Part shown: positions 11,989 to 23,713 of the stretch, one piece after another
Layout: every line of letters starts with the position of its first letter
How positions within the stretch are numbered: the stretch's first letter is position 1
Assembly: GCA_013239625.1 (NCBI GenBank)
Contig: MU053652.1
Coordinates: 4,517,902 to 4,581,901 of the forward strand
Direction: 5' to 3'
Source of the DNA: Lama guanicoe
Taxonomy: Eukaryota
Length of the DNA stretch: 64,000 nt
Notes under the pieces: model-generated
The model's input: the letters and a program-made list of their open reading frames with translations, nothing else
Databases searched by the model: none
Told to the model about the DNA's origin: nothing
Made by a program: the position numbers and the translations under genes

Positions 11989-12292
11989 CAGTGCCGTCCA
12001 CTATAGGAACCGCTATCTACATGTAGCTATTGAGGACTTGAAATGTGGCTGTTCTAAATTGAGATGTGTTATAGTGTAAAACATACTTTTGAAGATCTGT
12101 ATGGGGAAAAAAAACCTTCAACAATGTATATAGATAACATGTTGAAATTATAGTATTTTGGAATATTAAGTTAAATAAAACACACTATTAAAATAAATTT
12201 CATCTGTTTCTTTTTATTCTTTTTGATGTGGCTATTAGAAAAGTTAAAATTACATATGTGACTCACATTTACATTTTGACTGGCCAGTGCTG
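11989..12292. mobile_element. hAT-Charlie MITE (MER3/MER33-like)
   Basis: CAGTGCCGTCCA... and ...TGGCCAGTGCTG termini; internal CTTGAAATGTGGCT and TTAAAATTACATATGTG motifs. Confidence 0.6.
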
Positions 12293-12434
12293 CTACTGTT
12301 TATCATGACCCACTGTTCCTCATGCTGGTCTGACTTAACCATGTGCTAAGAGTTGGCCCATGGGGATAATTTGTTTCTACTGGTGAACATATAGTCTCAG
12401 ATTGTTCTAAGAAAAACACTAGAAACAGACTTAC

Positions 12435-12495
12435 CAATATACTCTTCTAGATCAATCAAACCATCAGCATTCTTATCTATATCCTCCATTGTTTC
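12435..12495 (-). CDS. CALU: Calumenin exon 5 (61 nt)
   Basis: tag|GAA ACA ATG: ETMEDIDKNADGLIDLEEYI(G), an EF-hand loop; donor |GTAAGT. Confidence 0.97.
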
Positions 12496-13152
12496 CTAGA
12501 CAGAAGAGAATACTTAGAGTTAGTATCTGGATTACTTAAGTTTAGGCAATTATTTATCATTCATTAAAACATACACACATATATGTGTATATGTATATGT
12601 GTGTGGGTATGGTTAAACCATAAGAAATTGCTGTTTTTCTAGCTGAAAGAATGATAAAATATCATTTTTGTATGCTTCAACTTAAAATAACTAGACTTCC
12701 TGAAGGAACACAGGCATTGCTTAACAATGAACTACCCCATCAAGCCCATGATGATCTGGTAGCCCTCGTCACACTCAAGTTATACTAACAGGAGATATGA
12801 CCAGTGAATACGTCTACAGCCACAGTTTATGTTTTATCAGTTAACTGCCTTCTGTGAGAATCCTTTAGTATCACTGTTATTACTCAGTGTCTGGTATTTT
12901 AAAAAATAGGATTTTCCCTCATGCTTACAATATGCAGCGACCAATGAAATGGTAAAATACATTAACTGATGGTAAGTATTGTCATTCTAAACAGAAAGCA
13001 CCATCAAGATCACAGAAAAACAGGGTGACAAGCTTGGACTCAATCTGGCCAGCACTTTTTTACTCTTCTCAATACAGAGGAAAAGCTAAGGAGGAAAGAG
13101 CAAAAGCAACAAAAAGAGAAAGTTTCCAATGAGAATTCTTGCTCTCATCCAC

Positions 13153-13319
13153 CTGTACTACTATATCCTTCATGTATTCATACTCCTCAGGGTGCAGGAA
13201 AGCTGTGAATTCCTCCTTTGTGGCAATGAGGTCTCCATCCTTGTCTGCCATTTTAAACCTCCGCTCATCTCTAACCATCATCTGTTTATAGTTAAATCCA
13301 TCATCAGGGTCTGGATCAT
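13153..13319 (-). CDS. CALU: Calumenin exon 4 (167 nt)
   Basis: tag|AT GAT CCA: (D)[55 protein letters not shown]; donor |GTGGAT. Confidence 0.98.
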
Positions 13320-13614
13320 CTAGAAAACAAAAATTTAGATCAAATCTTAAAAAACTTCAGAAAACATGAAAATGTATGGGGAATCAATTTCCAAGAAAGA
13401 TAAACCAAGTACTGAAGAATTAATTTTGATCATACAGGTGAAACTGCAGCAGTATAAAGACATTTAGTTTTGGTAATCAAAGACCTCAGTCAGGCTTGAG
13501 TCAAATATAAATGCTTGACATTGAACATGGAATCCTGGCTCCTGCACTATGTAATCCATTATGTAATGCTTCACTGTTACTGGCATTAGGGCTACTAGAG
13601 GGCTTGAGTCTTCT

Positions 13615-13875
13615 AGTTATATCTGAGCAGAAGTGCCTGGGTTTGAATCCTAACTGCCTGGGTTTGAAATCCTAACTCTACCACTTCTTAGCCATGGGAC
13701 TTTGGGCAAGTAATTTATCTGTGCTTCAATTTACTCATCTGTAAAATGGAGATGATAACAGTGCTGGCTTCACAGGACTGTTATGAGATTAAATCAGCAA
13801 ATAAATCGAAGTTAAGTGTCTAGAACAGTGCCTGGCATAGAGTTGACTTTTAATAAATGTTAGCTATTGCTATGT
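13615..13875 (+). mobile_element. MIR with a small internal tandem duplication
   Basis: CCTGGGTTTGAATCC...TTTGGGCAAGT...CTCATCTGTAAAATGG...AGAACAGTGCCTGGCATA...AATAAATGTTAGCTATT; TGCCTGGGTTTGAA(A)TCCTAAC occurs twice. Confidence 0.75.
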
Positions 13876-14039
13876 TTATTAAACTTTAGGCTCTCATCAA
13901 GAAGCCAGCTATCAAAGGCCTTCTGTCTTATTATATAGGCCATTTGGATTCAAGCATCCTTTGAAAGTCACACTTTAGTTTTTTCAGCCAACTCAGAAAT
14001 ATACCATGAGTTACAAGTACTGTTCACTACCCTCCTTTC

Positions 14040-14300
14040 ATTTTTGTAAAATTCTAGAAAATGCAAATAAGTCTAGAGTTACAGAAAACAGATCAGTGGT
14101 TGCCTAGGGACAGGGGATGGGGAAGGTGAGGATTATGAAGAAACACAAGGAAACTTTTTGGGGTGATGGAAATGTTCATTTATCTGAATTATAGTAATAG
14201 GTTCATTGAGTATACACATGTCAAAACTCATCAACTATGCATTTAAAATATGTGCAGTGTATTGTATTGTCAATTATAGCTCAATAAAGCTGTTACAAAT
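14040..14300 (+). mobile_element. Old L1M 3' end
   Basis: CAGATCAGTGGTTGCCTAGGG...GGGTGATGGAAATGTT...TCAATAAAGCTGTT. Confidence 0.65.
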
Positions 14301-16867
14301 AAATAAATATTAGACTACAACCAAATTGAACTTGGGCCTATCCATCTGTTAGGATGTTGAACTACACAAGCAGTATTTATTTAGCTTATATAAGAATCTA
14401 GAAAAATGACATTTAAATTGAAAAAATGTGGAGTTAATGGCAGAAAAGGGAAAAAAAAAACTTTTCAAGCTGAGTTGCTGTGTGGACCAAATAAGGTAAC
14501 ATGTGAAGATATTTTGAAAAGTAAAAGAGATCACATTAAAGGTAAGAAGTGATTGTTCCTGTAATATACTGATCAAATAAAAAAAGATACAGCACTAGTT
14601 TCATAAAAAAGACCCACAGGGCCTCTTAACAATAACATTACACTGTTGACTTTTGATACCGTAGTTCAATCTTTCCATACTTCAAGCACAGTTTTAAAAA
14701 AACCCCAACAATAAACTACTGCTCTATTTTGAGAGCTGAGCAGCTTGAAGCTTCATTCTTTGATGAGTGTCAAAATTCAGTACGACAACTTACTGAATCA
14801 TGGGGCTTTAGGGACCCTATATTATATACTCAAAGCCATTAATAGGTTGGAGATAGAGAATTTAAGGAAAATATCACCTTTCTCAAATACTAAGTCATTT
14901 CTTCTAAACAAGTAAGGCTTCAGTACCAACTATGTAACATAAATAAGAAAGATAACAGAAGACAACTTACATATTAAGGCTGGATTCTTAGCTAAGAGCC
15001 CTTCCCTCCTCCTTAGGTAAAACATGGTGACTAAAATCACGTAGCCTGATAACATACACATATGTAAGGATGAGAAAGGAAGATGTAAAAACTTTTAACG
15101 ACTAAACTCAGGTGTCTATCATCACTACTCGGAGTGTCGTTCTCTACCCTAAGCACCAGTTTACTAGGCTAGTCAGCCTGCACGCAGCTACGGGTAAGCA
15201 CTTGATCTAGTGTTGGTATAGGCAGGGTGGATCTTGGTATCTCTTATTTCACTTGTGGCAGAGAAAGGGTTAATTTTTTTTTTGTGGAAAGCAGATACAT
15301 TATTTATAAGCTAAGATGATTTATACCTGAACTCAAATTGAATCAAGAACACATTCTCACAAAAAACTACACATCACTTTTGTAAGGCACCTCACTACCC
15401 CAAGCACTGTCCACCCACAGGCCTCCAGGGAAAGATGCCTTATAAAGACATTGCTTCTCCAGCCAGTGCTTCAGCTTATGCAGTCTCAGTCAGTAGAAAT
15501 ACCCGTTACATTGAATCATTTGCTCTATGAGGCAACAAAGCTCTCAACAAATTTTTTATACACATAATCATACAAAGAGTTTAAGATTCATTCCAGACAA
15601 CAAGTGAGTGCCTAGGTCTGAGCTGAGATTTATTAACATACCATCCTGTTGAGATCACCAATAGCTTACCCTTTGCTTTCTATTTATAATTAATTCCAAA
15701 TAAATCAGGACGGTGTTGTGTCTCAGTAAGAGAGCAAGAAGCACGAACCCCTCTCCATCTGTACTGACTTTTTAATACACATGTTCTTAATTGAGTGAAG
15801 GATATGTTTGGTTCTTGGCTAAGTGTCAAGCATGGAGAGAGACTGCCACTTCAGTCTTAGGAATGAGAACAAGCCTGCTACAGAAATAAGTCTGTTCACC
15901 AGAAATGCATGCAGTCCTGTAATTAACACGGACAGCTGGCTATCCAGTGGGGGAAAGACCATTATATCCTTACTGCCTGTTAGTAATGGAGTGATGGAAT
16001 AATGCAGTGATAGAGAATGCCTGTTTTAACACAGAAATTTACCTAATTTCCAGAATAAAAATGCAAGAAGAAACATTTGTACATTCTTGCCTCAAGTTGT
16101 AACCATATACAATAGAGGAATCTCACTAACAAAGACACCCTAAGTCATCAACTCAGTAAGATTGCCACCTAGCATTCAACAGCAGGCAAGTGTAATAGTA
16201 AAAGACAATTATTAACAGGTGGCCAAGCATACAAGCTACCAAATCAAGCTACCAAGAAAGCAATCAAAGTCACATTTATTTGCCTTCAAGCATTTGCAAA
16301 GCAGGCTGATAAATTCATGTGCCAGAGAAAACAAATGGGAAATAGTCAATTCTAAACTTCAGTAAGCAGACATACTAAAATAGTTAAATTCCATCAAGGA
16401 AAGCTATTATACTTGATCTTTATTTCATTAAGGAAAGACAGAATTTCCCTCCTATTCTTACCAGTTACAAATGAATCTAATTTGGTCTGAATTTCAGCTC
16501 CAACAATTTAATGTGACCATGTCAATAGACACCTCAAAGCCTCTTGCTTTTCATTGTTGGAACAATGCAGTCTTTTAAAAACAAGATCTACTCAAAAAAT
16601 GATCTGAGGGATGACAGAAGGAAAAAACAGGGAAACATATCTGAAATACTATAGATGTAAAAGATGCCAGATCTCAGAAAACCAAAATTCAACAAATTTC
16701 AAAAAATACACAATATACAAATTTAAAATTAATAAAGTGAAGGAAAATCAGCTCAGCATCAAACTATCTAAGATAAGCATAACTGCTTCTTTCCCTTCAC
16801 TGCGTGACCCATTTGTTTCTTTGACTCAAGACCATGGTCTCTGCCAGGCTGACATCTTGCCCCTTAC

Positions 16868-17061
16868 CCAGGTAAGTGCCATAAGTCACGTTTCTGTACT
16901 CATCCCAGGAGATTAAGCCGTCTTGATTCAAATCAAACTCCTGCCATTGGTTTTCAACATTGTCATATATGTATTTCTTCTGGGCGTGCTTAATCCAGGA
17001 TTTCAGCTCCCCCTCCGTCACAAACCCATCTTTATCCGCGTCTATTTTATCTACAATCATT
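16868..17061 (-). CDS. CALU: Calumenin mutually exclusive exon 3b (194 nt)
   Basis: tag|[71 protein letters not shown]; donor G|GTAAGG; same length and phase as 3a. Confidence 0.96.
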
Positions 17062-17133
17062 CTACAAGACAAAACAGTTACGTTTCAAGGTGCCGGCTCC
17101 ACAGACTTTTTCCCCCAGATAGTAGGGACCTAC

Positions 17134-17327
17134 CTAAAACGTAGCCGTAGGTGGCATTTTTATACTCCTCCCAGGAAACGAGGCCGTCCTCATTGAGGTC
17201 ATGCCCCTTCCACTGTCGCTCTACATCCTCGTAAATCCAGCGCTTTTGGGCAAATTTAATCCAGTCTTTGAGCTCATCCACAGTCACAAACCCGTCCTTG
17301 TCGCCATCTATTTTACTTACAATCTTT
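17134..17327 (-). CDS. CALU: Calumenin mutually exclusive exon 3a (194 nt)
   Basis: cag|[71 protein letters not shown]; donor G|GTAGGT. Confidence 0.97.
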
Positions 17328-20300
17328 CTGTAGAAAATGCAGAGAAATCCAGCAAGAGGTTAAAAGGACACAAGGCTCTGGACTTAGCCAGCTGTGTGCT
17401 GTGGCCACAGGTGTTGCTCAGGGCTAAAGCATGGAAATAAAAATTGTCTCCAAAACAAAACTGCCAGACAGGCAACTAAAAATTTTCTCTTAAGTGCCTG
17501 TTACTGGTCTGTAACAAGCCATCCGGAAAGGGCAAGCACAGTCCATGGGTGGTGTACTTGGACTATCCCTTTAGTGGTAGGTTTCAGCCAATGGTCAGAA
17601 TTTAGGAGTGAATATTCATTCCTATCTGGGTTCTCTACTCTTAGTATCAAACAACATGCAAATCTTCATATATATATAAAATATATATATAGTTTTATTG
17701 CTTTCAGAAGAATCTGAATATCTGGGTAAGTAATCACAACCACTGACTTAAAATTCAAAAATTTAAACCAGACTTTAAAAAATTCAGCTGCATTTAACAA
17801 AAAAACAAAAAACAAAACATTTTAGTTAAAAATATATCAAAAATAGTTCTGGGATCATTTATACCTAAAGTCAGGATTATTACTGAAACCCCAAAACAGG
17901 TATACAAAGACAGAAGCATGTTTATTTTTTAAAAAATGGCTAGCAGTTTATTATATACTATGTTGAACTGGATTTTTACATATAACCACAAAAACAGAGA
18001 GCTCTGAAGAAGTAATGTGGTAAGAATGTATACACCTGATAATGAGAATGTTAATAAGCTGAGAGGGTTAGGGTGCAGATGATAAAGCAAAACTACAAAG
18101 CTAAAGAGTCAATATATTTTGCCCTTCATGAGTTTCTTTCTTCTAGATCGGTCATCATAATGACAGACATTTAAGGATTTGTTTAAAGATTTCAAAATTT
18201 GTGCATGAGATGAAAACTCCTGTTTAAAGATGCAATCACCTACTTAATAGAAGCTCAGATAGCCTATGAAGTTACAAGAATTTTGAATCAAAACTTCCAA
18301 TGGAATTGAAATCTTGGCCAACTCCTATGCCCTATATTTGTAGGACTGAAAAGGACTGTCATTTGGTAGCAAATAATGTCGTTTCCCAGTTTGTGTTCAT
18401 CTCACGAATAAAACATTGGAAAGTGATAAGAATCACAGAATATAAGCAACACTGAAAATTTCATCCTGATATTGATATGGTGTTAGCCATGACTATCCTA
18501 TATCCTATAATTAACAAGCATTTTCCTTCAGAGAATGTGTAATCTTATAGCTTTTGCTCTAAAATGTTAAAAGGTAAAGCAGTAAGAAGTCACTTCTTAA
18601 ATATTCTATCTACATACACATGGGACAAAAAATTTTTTACAATTTGAATTTTAATAATATTAATAAATTGAGTTTTTAACAGTCCAAAAACTCCTAAATT
18701 ATCTCTTTTGGGATCCAGCTTGTGTCCAAAAAGTATTGGTTACCAAGAGTGCCACTGTATCATTAAGAAAAAAAGGGCAAGGTATCAGAACCTCTCTCAT
18801 TCCCAAAAGAAGATTTTAAACTATTATAAATACCCTAACGAGAAGGATCACTCAGATTAAAAAAAAAAAAAAAAGGCATATGACTGTTCAAGATGGGCTT
18901 TTCCAAAAGAAGCTGGCTGAATGCCATTCTATTTATTCCAGCAGAAATATCCCAAAAGGTTTAACTCAGAGGTTAGCAAAATTTTTTCTGAAAAAGGACA
19001 GATAAGAAATATTTTTGACTTTGTGGGCCACATATGGTCTATTACATATTTTAAAAACAACAACCACACACACACACACTCATTTAAAAATAAAAAAGCC
19101 ATCCTTATCTTGCTGGCCATTCAGCCTCAGACAGTTGTGAAAATACAACGGAAGTGGACATGTCCTATTTTAGGCATGAAGCTCTAAACTCTGATCTTTA
19201 AAAGCCTGTATAAATTTATGAAGCTAAGGGTGTTGTATTTCTGTGACACTGGAGAATCCTACAGACGCAGTCATGATGCCACTAAATAAGCATTTACTCC
19301 AGGACAGATACAAAGCCTTTAGTGGACCTTACGTTATTTCTAAGAGGTAACATATACTTCTACATTTCAAAAGGCAAAAAGCAAACCCTTTGATTTTTTT
19401 AAGAACCTAGGACAATAAATGGGCTCCAGGAGGGTTCAAAATATTCCAGAAATTTTCAGCATGCAAAATTTTACATATATTCCTGTATATGCACTTTCCG
19501 TTAGCTTTCGTTAGACTGCCAAAGGGGCTGGGCCTATGACCCAAAAAGGATGACGAACTGCTGTAGTTCATTTCTATTACAAATAGATCAAGGGTGAGAA
19601 CTTCTTTATATTAAGGACTGCCATCTCAAAATAAATAAATCATCATTTGAAGGACACATAAGTGAAAATTAAGTATATTTAGACTTCTTGGGGATGGGTT
19701 GAGCATATACAAGTAAGAAAAACTGTTCTACTTGTCAACACTCTTCATAAGAAAAAAGGAACTAAAAACTGGATATTAAAATTGTTTTTAAATGCTTCCT
19801 GTAGTCTTTTAGCTATTATTACTAAAGATCTAAAAATAGTAGTGAATTCCTGAAACTAGAGCTGTAAACAATTGTCTTAATCTATCTCCTAACAATTACT
19901 GGCCTCCTAGATCAGTGGAAAAGAAGGGGAATCTGCTATTCCCAGCTTCTGGTGTAGTCACCTACCAAACAACTTTTAGAAATGCCATAATGAATAAGTT
20001 AAAAGAAAAAAAATGTTCACCTGGAATTCTTGCTTTCAAAATTATATCACCTTATAAACTGTGGATATTTACCATTATCCCACAAATTTGGGAGAAGCAA
20101 ATAGTATTTGGTTCGTTCATACAGTCCATGAAAAACATGATTTTAACCATCTTATTCTAATCAAATATGGAGCCTGCTCATGTGTTGAACTTCTGATGTT
20201 TATTGATGACAAAAAGGAACATTTTCTCTCTACTGAAGACTGTTAGCAGAGCTATTCCAGCACCTGCACAGAGCAAGAACACCCTGACTGACAGCAAACC

Positions 20301-21252
20301 TAAGGGCCCTTCATTATTTAACAGTAATTCTGCAAAGAGACATGTGTAAACCAAAATGCAGGCTGGACATGCACGTTATGAATAGGCAAGACATGAAGAC
20401 TGAGAACACCCTCATGCACCCCTACCTTCGGCCTGGAATGTTAGCACAGTTATAAGATTAAAATTAAAAGTGAACACAGTCCCTCAAAGTTGGAAAAGCA
20501 ACCTAACAGAAGACTAACTCTTCTATATATTTGTTTTCTCTATCTACTTTCAAATGTTTTGGGATAGTTTCTCATTTTACATAGCAAAATCCTTTGATTA
20601 TTTTTGTCAGTATTTAAGGACAAAATATTGCTTTGATTAGCAGATAACCCAATGAAGGGATAAATTTACTCTGAAGTACCACCCAAAGCAAACCCTATAA
20701 TGTCTTCCATCATAGCACTATCCATGGGCAAAATACTTTTGGAAATTCCTGTGTGGTACAACTTTTCAGACAAATCTTTTGAATGTAGTTCAGAAAGTTA
20801 CACCAATAGCGCTCAAAGGAGAATTTCTTTTACTAAATTAACCTGGATTTCTTTAAAAAGCAAAGCTTTGAAAGAGCTAAAAAAGACATTCTCAGATCCT
20901 CAGTTAGAAACAATCAACTGGAAATTCTACCAAATCAACTCTTTAGGTAAAAAGATGCCTGCTGAGAGAGCCAAAGAGCCTGACCATGGCCCAACTGTTA
21001 CTGAAATAGTAACGCATACTCAGACGTTAAGACCACTGCTTATTACAAAGGCAAGGTTGATTTGTTTTTGTTTTTAATTAAGCAAATATCTGAGAATGAA
21101 ACCAAAGCAGGTGAAAGACATTCTCAGAAATCATAAACTCAACAGAAATTAATCAGCCCAGGGTCTAATTTGCAGTTTATTATCCACTCAAAGACTTGGC
21201 AAGGGCAATAATAATGAATAGGTCACAGACAGTTTTCAAAAATTAAAAGCAA

Positions 21253-21403
21253 CAAGGGGAGGCTCAGGGGTAGAGTGCATGCCTAGGATGCACAAGGTGC
21301 TGGGTTCAATCCCCAGTACCTCCATTAAAAATAATAATAAATAATATAAATTAAATAAATAAAAATAAATATCCCTCCCCAAAAAAGATGAAAGAAGAAT
21401 AAA
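21253..21403 (+). mobile_element. vic-1-like tRNA-Ala SINE
   Basis: tRNA-like body with B box GGTTCAATCC and A-rich tail; 15-bp TSD AAAAATTAAAAGCAA at 21238-21252 and 21404-21418. Confidence 0.88.
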
Positions 21404-21740
21404 AAAAATTAAAAGCAAGAGAGTTGAGAAGAACCCCATGTAATGCTCCTTTGGGATCAAGATGATGCAGTTTAAGCTGAGTCCCATAGTATTTGGCATT
21501 TTTATGTATAAATGACTTTGCTCTGCAGAATGAGGTAAAATCATTTTGTTATTAATGAAGGAATGTAGGAAAGCAAGCAATTAATTCAATTTTAGTGGTA
21601 GCAAATCTGTAGTTAGCTTTCAGAAGATGTAGTTCAACACAGCTTTACTGGGTAACTGAGCCAGAAGAAAAAAAAGGAATGAGCTGATTTATAAAGATAT
21701 GTCATTACTCTAACTAGATCCCTGAGAGCTGACACCTTAC

Positions 21741-21961
21741 CCAAGTCTTTCCTTGCTCTCTTCTGGTGTCAGCTGATCGAAGGTCTTTGCTTCTTCAGCA
21801 CCCAAGAAGGCATCATGGTCATAATCAAAACTCTGGGCATCATTGTGAACCTTGTCACTGAGTTGAGGCTCATGGTGTACACGATCCTTCTTTTCCGTGG
21901 GCTTGCTCAAGGCAAAGGCTGTGCACAGGGACAGGCACATAAGAAACTGTCGCAGGTCCAT
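21741..21961 (-). CDS. CALU: Calumenin exon 2 coding part (start codon and signal peptide); exon starts at 21972
   Basis: [74 protein letters not shown]. Total CDS 221+194+167+61+200+105=948 nt, i.e. 315 aa plus stop. Confidence 0.98.
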
Positions 21962-22344
21962 GATAATCAGATCTTAAAGAAAAAAGAAAGGAAGTTCATT
22001 CAGGAAACAGTATGCTTAATAATTAAACAAGAAATTAAAAGCTCATATCCAGTAAAATTATCAATTTGATATTATCCTAAATATTATTACTTAAACCATA
22101 AAATAAGTATGGTAGACTATCAGACTTTCCAGTTTTACTGAGAAATTTTCACCAGTTTCCTTCAACTAACTGTAGACTGACAAGAAATTATAGTTTAAAA
22201 ACATTCACCTTGTAAGAAGTATCCCTTTAAAAAACCAAAGTAGAACTTTAATTCTTCTGCCCAAGTTCATAATATTTAAAAGTGAAAGGACCAAAATTTA
22301 AATCCAGACTTACTGACTCTAAATAAAATTTACTTTTTGTATAT

Positions 22345-22505
22345 CAGTGGTCTTGTCTTCAAACCTGGCTGGTTATTAGTATCACCTGGGAAGCTTTTAA
22401 AAAATGTTTCCCCTATTGAATTAGAATCTCTGACTTGAATCCAAGCATTTATAGTTTTAAATGGTTCCCAGGGGATTCTGATGGTCATCACATTAGGAAC
22501 CAATG
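22345..22505. mobile_element. MER5A-like hAT MITE
   Basis: CAGTGGT...TCAAAC...ATCACCTGGGAAGCTTTTAAAA...CCCAGGGGATTCTGATG...GGAACCA; similar relics near 23900-24020, 37310-37450 and 47480-47660. Confidence 0.6.
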
Positions 22506-22924
22506 AAATATTTGGGCAGTTTCCCTGCCTATAGCACCAAGTCATTGCCCATTTCCAGGCACAACGTCAAATCATCTTCAAAGATCAACTACTGAGATGG
22601 TACAGTGATGGATAACAACTGCTTTATCATTCTGTATACTTGTGTTTCCCAAATTTGCCCAGGTATAAGGACCACCTGGAGCACTGTTCATAGTATAGAT
22701 TCCCCAGCCCTACTTCATACCTTCAGAATCTCTGCAGTCACAGGTGATTCTAATGAACAAGCAGAAAGCTGGAACACTTCATCAAAAATAGTGACAAAAA
22801 TTGCAGAGAAGCTGTAGGATAGCAACCGTTTAGTACTCTTGACAGATAACCTACAGCACTGTCCAGAAAGGTTAAGGTTTTAGAGAAAAAAACTGTAAAA
22901 TTAAAAATTAAAAATAAAGGAAAA

Positions 22925-23095
22925 ACAAATTTCTTTTGTATAGCACAGGGAACCATATTCAATATCTTGTAGTAACTTTCAATAAAAAAGAATGTGAAAA
23001 TGAATATATGAATATATTTGCATGACTGGGACATTTTGCTGTACACCAGAAATTGACACATTGTAACTGACTATACATCAATAAAAAAATGTAAG
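22925..23095 (+). mobile_element. L1 3' end (artiodactyl-type)
   Basis: TATAGCACAGGGAACCATATTCAATATCTTGTAGTAAC...GCTGTACACCAGAAATTGACACATTGTAACTGACTATA plus A tail. Confidence 0.75.
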
Positions 23096-23287
23096 AAATA
23101 AAAATTAAGGGGAAAGATTTCTCCAGACTTTCATATTTTAACTACTCCTTTATCAGGAGAACACAGATTCTGAATGCTTCTCCTCTTGTGGTAAGAATAA
23201 GCTTTGCAATTTCACATTATTACTTATTTCCCCTTATGACTAATGGCTCCCTTACTAGATGGGTAGGTGGTTACTGAGCATGAGGCT

Positions 23288-23713
23288 TGTTGTAGATTGA
23301 ACTGTGTCCCCCCAAAAGACATGCTAAAGTAGTAATCCCTGGTACCCATGAATGCGATTTGATTTGGAAATAGGATCTTTGCAGATGCAACTAAGTAAGA
23401 TGGGCTCTAATCCAATGACTGGTGTCCTTATAAAAGGAAGGAATTTTGGACACAGACACACAAGGAAAAGAATGTCACGTTACGAAAGAGGCAGACTGGG
23501 GAGATCATCTGTAAACCAAGAAACGTCAGTGATTGCTGGTATCCACTAGGAACAAGGAAGAACCCTCACCTAGAGATTTCAGAGAGACCATGGCCCTACT
23601 GACATTTTGATTTCTAATTTCTAGCCTCTAGAACTGTGAGAGAATAAATTTTTGTCCTTTTAAGTCACCCAGTTTATGGTAATTTGTTACAGAAGCCCTA
23701 GGAAACTAACACA
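23288..23713 (+). mobile_element. MaLR solo LTR (MLT1B/C-like)
   Basis: TG...GAACTGTGTCCCCCCAAAAGAC...CTAGCCTCTAGAACTGTGAGAGAATAAATT...CTAGGAAACTAACACA; flanks AGGCT/AGGTT form a near 5-bp TSD. Confidence 0.8.

Noticed and set aside
16815..17410. Docking-site/selector long-range pairing around CALU exons 3a/3b, and 12-bp palindromes AGACCATGGTCT and CTGTGGCCACAG
   Set aside because: Only 6-8 bp complementarities with incompatible geometry; expected by chance without covariation data.
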